Assembly (NCBI GenBank): GCA_963665095.1
Contig: OY762069.1
Coordinates: 3,744,001-3,808,000 of the forward strand
DNA length: 64,000 nt
Source of the DNA: an uncultured Desulfobacter sp.
Lineage (GTDB): Bacteria > Desulfobacterota > Desulfobacteria > Desulfobacterales > Desulfobacteraceae
Reading direction: 5' to 3'
The position numbers and the translations under genes were made by a program. Shown here in pieces: positions 43,696 through 52,300 of the stretch. The stretch's first letter is position 1. The number at the start of each line of letters is the position of its first letter. Below the pieces are notes generated by a model that was not told the DNA's origin, ran no database searches, and saw only the letters and a list, made by a program, of their open reading frames with translations.

Positions 43696-44975
43696 CCTCG
43701 GTAATAGACCAGGACCCGGGCAGCAACAATGTCATGGTCTACACCTACACCCACGATCCCCTGGACAACGTCACCCAAAAATCCACGGAACACGGAGACT
43801 ATAATTACGATTACGACACCCTCCAGCGCCTGACATCTGCCGACAACCCGGAAACCCGGACGGACGAGGCCTTTACCTACGACGCCGTAGGCAACCGCCT
43901 CACAGACGCCAAAAATACCGACACATGGACTTACAACCAAAACAACGAACTTGAAACCCACAGCAATACAAGTTATGAATACGATAACAACGGAAACACG
44001 GTCAAAAAGACAATCAACGGTGTAACCACCCTGTTCTTTTACAACCTGGAAGACCGCCTGGAGCGGGTAGAGGATGAATCCGGAAACATCATAACCAAAT
44101 ACGGCTACGATCCATTCGGCCGCAGGCTGTGGAAGGAGACCTCCGGCACCAAAACATACTTCATGTATGCCGACGAAGGCCTGATCGGGGAATACACAGC
44201 CACAGGCACAGAAATCAAAACCTACGGCTGGAAACCCGGATCTACCTGGGGCACAGACCCATTGTTCATGAAGATCGGAAGCCAATACTATTTTTACCAC
44301 AACGACCATCTTGGCACGCCCCAAAAAATGACCACTGTCAATGGATCTGTGGTTTGGTCAGCTACATACAGTTCGTTTGGAAAAGCTGAGGTTGATGCTG
44401 ATTCTACTGTTGAAAATAACTTTAGGTTCCCGGGACAGTATTTTGATGGGGAGACTGAGCTATATTATAATGGGTACAGATTGTACGATCCGGGGACTGG
44501 CCGGTATGTCTCGGCTGATCCTCTTAAGGTTAAAGGTGGAATTAACTTCTTTCTTTATTCTGAAAATAACCCAATTAAGCGAATTGACCCATATGGTTTA
44601 TTGTCATTTAAATGGCATGGGAATTGGGGCGGTCCTGGTTGGGCGGCAGGACAATATATTGCGGAGTCGGACCTTTCATATCAAGACTTTTTTCAAGTTC
44701 CAGCTCTGGATGAAAGAGATCGTTGTTATAGATATCATGATATGTGTATCTGGGCCGCTATCAAAAATAGCAAAAAAAATAACTGCTCTAACTCACAAGA
44801 CCTTAGCGATGCAATTGAAAGTTGCGACCATCGATTGGCTGATTGCCTTCGATATATAAGTCCGTTTAAACTATGCTTTTGGTATAGGCATGTTGGAGAT
44901 GATACATCAGGCCTTTTACCTGCTACGGTAGAAGCTGAACTGATTTTTGACGGTGTGGCACCAATTATTCATTAG
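43696..44975 (+). pseudogene. Rhs copy 3, 3' part with PLA2-like tip 5
   Basis: DPYGL then HGNWGGPGW...LDERDRCYRYHDMCI. Confidence 0.87.
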
Positions 44976-45030
44976 CACGCTCAGAACATAATGGATTTAA
45001 CCTATTATAAAATCTTACTACAGGAGCTTA

Positions 45031-45369
45031 ATGAGTTTTAGCCATATTACTTTACTGTCATTTTTAATATTGGGCGGCCTATTATTTCTTATAGTATTTA
45101 TTTTTCGTAAAAATAATTATTTTAATTTAAGTTGGCCATTTGGAATAGCATTTTTTATTTTTGGAATAGGTTATCATTTTATTCTTTGGGATACTTATAT
45201 GATGCCTCAAGGCAAACTCGCCTTACTTATCCCAATAGGTTTGTCTTTACCGATTTCCATTTTAAGTTTTATGTTTAAACCTTTTGGCTTTTGTCCTTTT
45301 TTATGTTCGATGACTATTCTGGGAAGCCTTCAATATTACTATATTGGTTCTTTTTTCACTAAAAAGTGA
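45031..45369 (+). CDS. Putative multi-TM immunity protein for tip 5
   Basis: AGGAG RBS, low GC, hydrophobic, directly downstream of the toxin. Confidence 0.78.
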   Translation: MSFSHITLLSFLILGGLLFLIVFIFRKNNYFNLSWPFGIAFFIFGIGYHFILWDTYMMPQGKLALLIPIGLSLPISILSFMFKPFGFCPFLCSMTILGSLQYYYIGSFFTKK

Positions 45370-45394
45370 CGTTTAAGTCGAGGAGAAGCAGGCA

Positions 45395-45440
45395 TTGAAT
45401 TATCAACTTTTTAAACCAAGCCCTGTATGATCTTTGAAAT
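45395..45440 (+). repeat. Inter-cassette spacer repeat
   Basis: TTGAATTATCA...CCAAGCCCTGTAT..TCTTTGAA, similar to 47635-47678. Confidence 0.75.
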
Positions 45441-45599
45441 AGGGGTCCTGGGGTCACCCATTAAAGGCCGGGTCAAGAGAAAAAACACCTCCCCGTGAAA
45501 AAAATTCCTTTTTTTCTTGACCCTCGCACTATTTGTAATTTTTCAAAATCGACAGCTTTTTTCCCTGTCCGCGCCTGTTATTTCGTCGTGTGGTTCACG

Positions 45600-45875
45600 G
45601 AAATGATCCGCACCAGTCACCCATCAGGTTCAAGGCAGATGTGTACCAGGCAAAATGCGTGGTACACGGCCCCTGGTCCGTTCGGACCCCAGAAAATCTT
45701 CAGTGCCGTACCGTGGCTAATTGTTTGTTTTCAAATCTTATGGTTGTTAACCAACCCCTTACAGGCTCACGGCACAGGCGAATCAGGATATAAAAAACTG
45801 TGTGGCTGCAGCAGTTGCCAATCAAACCTAATGGTTCATACCAACCCCTGAAATGGTTCGCTGCTGCAGCCTTAA
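45600..45875 (-). ncRNA. Putative bridge/seekRNA with two target-binding-loop modules
   Basis: Two stem/internal-loop modules carrying AGGGGU and AGGUUUGA or AGAUUUGA; these match the reconstructed target GGGGTCAAACCT. Boundaries approximate. Confidence 0.65.
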
Positions 45876-45876
45876 T

Positions 45877-46893
45877 TTACCGGCAAAAAAGACCTACCTC
45901 ATCAAAGGGGATCTGATCCCGCATGATATAGTAGGATGCACGGCAAATTTTGTTGCTCAACGCTTTGGTGGCTACAATCCCGTTTCGTTTGGCATTTTTG
46001 CGCTGGAAAAATTTTCTTGCTTCCGGGCAATACCTTTTTGCAAAATTTGCAGCTTCTACATATGCCCAGGCAAGATACTTGTTTCCGTTTTTTGTATTAT
46101 TTCTTCCTTTCTTCTTCCCATTGGATATTTTTTCACTTTTAACACAACGGCAATAGGAAGAATAGCATCCTACCTTGGCAAACCGTTTGATCTCGCCAAC
46201 CTCAAGCATGATAGTCAGTGCCAGAATATTGCCGACACCCGGTATTGTTTTAAGCATTTCAAAGGCTTTTTTCATTTTAACCTGGGAAAGCGCCTGTCGT
46301 TCAATCGCTTTGATGGAATTACTCAGGTCCTTGATGGTCCTGATCTGAAGTGCTGCCATGAACCCCTGATTTGAATCAAACATTTGATGAACCTCAGGTT
46401 CCTTCAATTTTTTGATCGCATTACCTGACATTTTTATGCCAAGTTGCCTTGTTACCATGCTTTGTAAACTCAAAATTTGAGTTGTTCTTTGCTGCACAAA
46501 CAAAAGTCTTCGGCGTAAAATATCCCGGACAGCTCTTTCTTCCCGAGGATAAATGTAGCCTTCCGGCAGAATGTTTAACCGCCTCATGTGTGCGAGCCAG
46601 AAGGAGTCCCACTTGTCGTCGGTATACTTGAGCCCTTCGTACTGTTGAATGGCTGACGGGTTGGCCAGATGAACTCTATAGCCGTTTTCCTCAAGGCCAT
46701 CAACCAGCCAGTACCAGTTGTAGGTTGATTCTACCACGATACCTTCCAGATTTTGTCTGAACGGTTCCAGAATTTGAAGTACATCCGGCAAATTATTGTC
46801 AAGCCGTTTTCCAAATAACCGTTTGTCATTTTCATCAATGATTCCTACGTAATTATTGCTTGAATGCAAATCAATTCCAGCGTAGAGTTTCAT
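45877..46893 (-). CDS. IS110 DEDD transposase/recombinase
   Basis: GIDLHS, VVEST, YTDDKWDS, TIPGVG, ISNG. Confidence 0.93.
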   Translation of the reverse strand: MKLYAGIDLHSSNNYVGIIDENDKRLFGKRLDNNLPDVLQILEPFRQNLEGIVVESTYNWYWLVDGLEENGYRVHLANPSAIQQYEGLKYTDDKWDSFWLAHMRRLNILPEGYIYPREERAVRDILRRRLLFVQQRTTQILSLQSMVTRQLGIKMSGNAIKKLKEPEVHQMFDSNQGFMAALQIRTIKDLSNSIKAIERQALSQVKMKKAFEMLKTIPGVGNILALTIMLEVGEIKRFAKVGCYSSYCRCVKSEKISNGKKKGRNNTKNGNKYLAWAYVEAANFAKRYCPEARKFFQRKNAKRNGIVATKALSNKICRASYYIMRDQIPFDEVGLFCR

Positions 46894-47136
46894 TTGGCAC
46901 CTCCTAAATCCAAAGTGTTCTTGTTGAACTGGTACTATAGCAATCGTTGCTATAGTTAGGGAGGTGTCACTTTTTTTTCTAATTTGCGAGGACCTGCCAT
47001 CATACGATTCTATGAAAAATATCTGTGATGACAGGTAGCTTTCGTTCCTGCTTTCGCCTGGCCTTTATATGATTATCAAACCTTGATTATTGATTACGCA
47101 AGATAAGTGTTACTGGCCAAAATCCTGTCATGCTTT

Positions 47137-47460
47137 TGTTGAAAATAACTTTAAGTTCCCAGGACAGTATTGGGATGCGGAAATTGGACTGCATTATAAT
47201 TTTTATCGTTATTATGATTCTGGGATGGGGAGATATCTGACACCTGATCCTCTTGGGTTAGCTGGAGGGGGGAATACTTATATTTATGTGGAAAATAATT
47301 CTATAAATTGGATTGATCCTTTTGGCTTATATCAAAGCTTAGGAGGCGGATTTGGCTTACTGCAGGCATTATAGCAGTGTCATACTCGGTTAATACTGAT
47401 ACTTGTTGTGATGAACAAGGGAATAAACATGTACGTACAATTCAAACTATTTCATTTGGA
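47137..47460 (+). pseudogene. Orphan Rhs tip 6 (Gly/Cys-rich family), frameshifted and truncated
   Basis: VENNFKFPGQY...DPFGLYQSLGGGFG; another frame reads NTDTCCDEQGNKHVRTIQT. Confidence 0.8.
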
Positions 47461-47617
47461 TCTCCAAGGGGGACCAGGACATTGTAATCACGGGCCGGGC
47501 CATTGACCGGGCCACGGAAGAGCCCCTGGCTGATGCGGCGTTAAACCTGTTTATCACGGTCAGCGGTTTTGAGCGCAAAATCTCCGTGATGACCGGATCG
47601 AACGGCACCTTTACCCA
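47461..47617 (+). pseudogene. 157-bp internal Rhs fragment
   Basis: Matches ~35705-35860 and ~49351-49487. Confidence 0.85.
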
Positions 47618-47697
47618 AGCCGAGGGGTCAGGTCTTGAATTATCAGTTTTTAAGCCAAGCCCTGTATAGTCTTTGAATTAAACTCTATAAGGGGACA

Positions 47698-47745
47698 CCG
47701 CTCTGGAACAAAAAACAGCTTCCCGGGAGGGGAAGGTGCATCGGA
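47698..47745 (+). repeat. 48-bp linker preceding an orphan tip, copy 2
   Basis: 47/48 identical to 28973-29020(-). Confidence 0.9.
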
Positions 47746-47750
47746 CCAAT

Positions 47751-48129
47751 CCGGGACAGTATTTTGATAATGAAACCGGCCTGCACTACAATTGGCACCG
47801 GCATTATGATCCTGATACCGGTCGGTACCTAACACCAGACCCTATTGGGTTTGAAGGCGGGGGAAACAAGTAGCACAACGCTGGACATTGAAAGTTGGTA
47901 TTGGCAAAATGCTTTATATCCGGATAAAACTACCTGTGTTCACGGCACAATAATAGGTCGGGGGGGAGTGGGGTGTTTAACTTGCCAAGAAGAAGCCCCA
48001 AAAAGAAGGATAGAAGAACAAGAAGCCTTTATGGAACGGGCTAAAAAATTAGCAAAGCCGCTAAATGATACCCAAGTTCGGTATCTTAGAGCTTTGGACG
48101 TCAGACCGGAATGCTTTTTTGTGCCGTAA
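47751..48129 (+). pseudogene. Degenerate orphan Rhs tip 7
   Basis: [33 protein letters not shown], then a frameshift/deletion into unrelated coding-like sequence. Confidence 0.65.
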
Positions 48130-48310
48130 TGGTCCGTGCAGCCATCGAATAAATTATCAAAGAACCATAAAATTGAGTGCGGAATGTACAACAGATCATA
48201 AGATTTTGCCTTTTTTCAGGCCCTTTCCCCAATTAATATGATCTTTTGGAGAAGGATATTGTGTCAAAATGATAAAAGCCTTGATCCACCTTTCCGATCG
48301 CACGGCAATT

Positions 48311-48550
48311 TCAATTTTCGATAGATTTCATTAATTCAGGGACCGTTTTAGCGGATAGAATTTTTCCCTTCAAAGCCTTCAAGAGGTTGATATCCTGGAT
48401 GGTTTTAATCTTTGTTATAATTGTTTTACAGTCATCACTGTCACCAAACTTGATGCTGACAGCCAACTCAATGCTTTCCTGGGCCAATTCAAGTCCCTGT
48501 TCAAGTCCTTGAGCATGTCCTTCTTTCCTTAATTTTTCAGCCAATGTCAT
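48311..48550 (-). CDS. Putative intragenic RpnS-like small protein (79 aa)
   Basis: In-frame AGGAGG-N7-ATG at MTLAEK. Confidence 0.6.
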   Translation of the reverse strand: MTLAEKLRKEGHAQGLEQGLELAQESIELAVSIKFGDSDDCKTIITKIKTIQDINLLKALKGKILSAKTVPELMKSIEN

Positions 48551-49294
48551 GATGATACCTCCTTTTTCCTCAGACAACGTATTTGACACGATGGTGTGGA
48601 TTTTTTCTGTTGTAATATCCTCAACGTTGCTGAATAAATATTTTATCAGGGATTCAAAATATTGCAATCCTGTTTCCTGTTCGGACAGGTCCTTTAACAG
48701 CGCAAAAATATTTGGCAATTTGTCTTCGATGTCCGGGTCAAATATATGTTTGAACAGCAGCAGGACAACTCTTGCCGTAATTGTTCCCTTGATCTGATCA
48801 TCAGTATATCTGGATAAATCATACAGAATAAACTCAAAATTCGGGATGTAATCTGCAAGCTTGTTAACCGGTCCGTCAAAGAGCGAAGTAAAATGTTTAT
48901 CCACTGTCCATTTATCCTTGCCGTGATATAGAACCAGAGGGATTACAATGGGCAGTTTCCTGCTTCTGGATTGTTTGAACCCAAGCCGCCAAATTTTAAC
49001 CATATACTCAACAAGCTGGAGATGGATCACACTGTCCGAATAGCTTTTATGCTCAAAAAGAAAGTATACAAACCCTGTGGCATCTCCGATCCTGACTTTG
49101 TAAAGCATGTCTGAATAATAATCTTTCAGGTCCTTTTCAATAAAGGAGTCTTTGCATATTTCAAGGGTATCCAGCCGAACAAGTTCAATGACTGATGGCG
49201 GCAGGTAATTTTCCAGGAAGGATCTGGCATTGCGCAGGTTGCTCCAGGTTTCCCGGAACAGCTTGTCATGGGAATGGTACAGTTTGTTTTCCAT
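48311..49294 (-). CDS. Rpn/YhgA-like PD-(D/E)XK nuclease
   Basis: HDKLFR...SDMLY...FEHKS...PIVIPLVLYHG...MTLAEKL..EG..QG. Confidence 0.9.
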   Translation of the reverse strand: MENKLYHSHDKLFRETWSNLRNARSFLENYLPPSVIELVRLDTLEICKDSFIEKDLKDYYSDMLYKVRIGDATGFVYFLFEHKSYSDSVIHLQLVEYMVKIWRLGFKQSRSRKLPIVIPLVLYHGKDKWTVDKHFTSLFDGPVNKLADYIPNFEFILYDLSRYTDDQIKGTITARVVLLLFKHIFDPDIEDKLPNIFALLKDLSEQETGLQYFESLIKYLFSNVEDITTEKIHTIVSNTLSEEKGGIIMTLAEKLRKEGHAQGLEQGLELAQESIELAVSIKFGDSDDCKTIITKIKTIQDINLLKALKGKILSAKTVPELMKSIEN

Positions 49295-49350
49295 ATCGGC
49301 TTTGTATCATGGGGCCTTGTGGGCTGCAAGATTTTATCCCGTATCAGGTT

Positions 49351-52300
49351 TTGTAATCATGGGCCGGGCCATTGACCGGGCCACGGAAGAGCCCCTGGCA
49401 GACGCGGCGTTGAACCTGTTTATCACAGTCAGCGGTTTTGAGCGCAAAATCTCCGTGATGACCGGATCGGACGGCACCTTTACCCACACCTTTGAACCCC
49501 TTGAGAATGAAGCCGGCATTTTTTATGTGCATGCGGTCCATCCGGATCTTCTTGACCGGCCAAACCAGGGCAGCTTTATCATCAACAAGGTCCAGGTTAC
49601 CCCGTCCAAGATCCAGGTATCCGTACCAAGGAACTACGAGCAGAAGATCAGCCTCAAGGTGGTTACAGAAACAGGTACGGACCTGACCAACCTGACCGTG
49701 GCCCCGGGTGCAGAACTTCCCGCAGGTGTCCATCTGGACTGTGGTGACCCCATTGCCCTTGTACAGGGCGGCAGGACCGTAACCTTAAGCCCGGTTCTCT
49801 GGGCAGACAACAATGCCGAAGATGCCTCCCGGTTTGAACTGACAGTTACCAGCGACGAGTCAGCCGGCACACCATGGGCCACCATCCTTTTGGATGCCCT
49901 TTATTCTCAAAGCGAGCCGGCTCTCTACTTTACCCCGGACCATATAGAAACCGGCGTAGCCCAGGGCGACATGGTCACAGAGACCATCACCCTGAGCAAC
50001 AAGGGGCTTGCTACAATGACCGGCGTGGCCCTGACCCTGACCGACTCGCAGGGCAACGCCGCCCCGGACTGGGTACGGCTTAACACCCCGTCAGACATCG
50101 GCACTCTGGCCGTGGGGGACGAACGCAACGTCTCCATCAGCTTTCTTCCCGGGACTAACGAGCCCCAGGGCATGCAGATATTCTACCTGGCCATCACCAG
50201 CGACAACTATCCCGGGACAAAAATCGGCCTGTACCCCACCATCTCAAGTTCCGGCATCGGCAGTGTCCTGTTCAAGCTGTCCGATATCTACACAGGCACC
50301 TTCAATGCCAAAAACGAACTGATCCGGGGTCTTGGCAATGCCAGAATCCGGATGCAGAACGAAGCCACATTAGCCGACCACACAGCCACCACAGACGACC
50401 TGGGCGAATCCCTGTTCGAGGATCTGCCCTCAGGGGCATACAAATGCAAAATCACCGCAGACAACCACCAGGAGTACACCGGCCGTGTCTGGGTCAAGCC
50501 CGGCATTACCGTGGCAAAGGAGGTGTTCCTGGAGTACAACCTGATCACTGTGGAATGGGAGGTCAACGAGATCACCATTGAAGATAAATACGAAATCCTG
50601 CTCTCAGCCACATTTGAGACCGATGTCCCTGCTGCCGTGGTCGTAGCGGAACCCTTGTCCGTGACCCTGCCGGACATGGAAAAAGGCGATGTCTACCTGG
50701 GCGAGTTCACCTTAACCAACCACGGCCTGATCCGGGCGGACGACCTTGACATCCCCGTGCCTGACAGCGACGACAACTTCCAGTACGAGATCCTCACCGG
50801 CATCCCGGACTCCCTGGAAGCCAAGCAGCGGCTCACCATCCCCTACCGCATCACCTGCCTTAACTCCCTGGAAGCTGACGAGGAAGACCAGACCGGCGGG
50901 GGCTGCTACACCTACCAGAAGTGCATCCCCATATCTTACGGGTATGAGTGCGCCAACGGCCGGAACACCAGCGGTGCCACCCGGCACTGTTTTTACAAGA
51001 GCGGCGGCACATGCGGCTCCGGCAGTTCCGGCGGCAGCACCAGCGGCGGGGGCTCTTCCGGCTACTATTACTCAGGGGACGGCGGAGCCTCATCTTCATC
51101 CTCAGCCCCGTCCTATACCCCCATGGAAACAGACGAACAAAAATGCCTGCCCTCACCAGACCCCAAAGAACCCGAGTGCGACAAATGCAAGGCCACCAGC
51201 CAGAACCAGAGCATCACCGTAGGCAGTGAAGTGAACACCCTTATGAGAGAATACAGGGACGAAGCCACGGACCTGGCCGTTAAAACAGCCGGGGGCATGC
51301 TCTCCATCACCCGGCGGTACCGGTCCGGCACCTGGCAGTGGGATGACCTGAAGCAAATGGTTGACGGCCGTCCCGATGCCACCTCCCCGTACACCCCTTC
51401 CGCCTATGGCCCGGATTATGTAACCCGGGGGGATGTGCCCTATGCAAAAACCGCCTCAGGCATATACAAAAACGAGACATTCACCATAGAGCGCAAAACC
51501 GATACAGATCAATACCAGGCAGACAAGTACACGTTCAAAGACAAGCACGGCAACTGGATCATCTACGACGCTTCGGGCCGGCCCATGTCATACGGCAGCC
51601 GCACCGGCACCACAGCCACATACCTGTATAACAGCCAAAGCGATACCCGGCCGTACGGCCTTGAGGACCGGTACGGTTCCCTGGTGTTCTCGTTTGATTT
51701 TGACGGAGACGGCAACCTGATCCGGGTCTATGATGCCGATGCCAGGGAGGTGCGCTACGATTACACTGACGGCCGGCTCACCCGGGTCACGGATGTACTT
51801 GGCCATGAAACCTCTTACGAATACAGCAACGGCAACCTGATCAAAATAATAAACGCCCTGGGCCATGAACTCCAAATTACCTACAACTCTTCCAATGATC
51901 CCGTCAGGGTCACCAATCCCGGCGGCGGGGCCTACACCTTTGAATACGACTATGACAAGAACAAAAAGCAGTACTATGCCATGGTCAAAACCCCGGGAGG
52001 CACAGTCAGGGAGATGTGGTACTCTGCCGACAGCGACACCATCCGGGTGGACATAAACGGAGAGACCATCCAAAAGGTTGATGTGGACAGCAGGACCCAC
52101 ATCATCACAGACAGAGCCGGCAACCAAACAATCAAAACCTATGATGAAAACGACAACCTTAAATCCGTTACCTATCCTGACGGTACAAAGGTGCTGTACC
52201 AGTACGACCTGTCCCTGAACAAGCCGGTGCAAAAGCAGGACCGGCGCAACAGCATCACCACCTATGAGTACGATAATGCCGGCAACCTGATCCAAAAGGT

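Larger units (their letters stand above)
45457..47075 (-). mobile_element. IS110 family element, IS1111-like
   Basis: Sub-terminal IRs TAAAGGCC.GG; TCA at both junctions; no TSD beyond that; ~420-bp non-coding region 3' of the transposase. Confidence 0.88.

Noticed and set aside
45495..46374. Plus-strand ORFs 45495-45851 and 45853-46374
   Set aside because: Antisense to the IS110 transposase and its structured non-coding region; no protein motifs.
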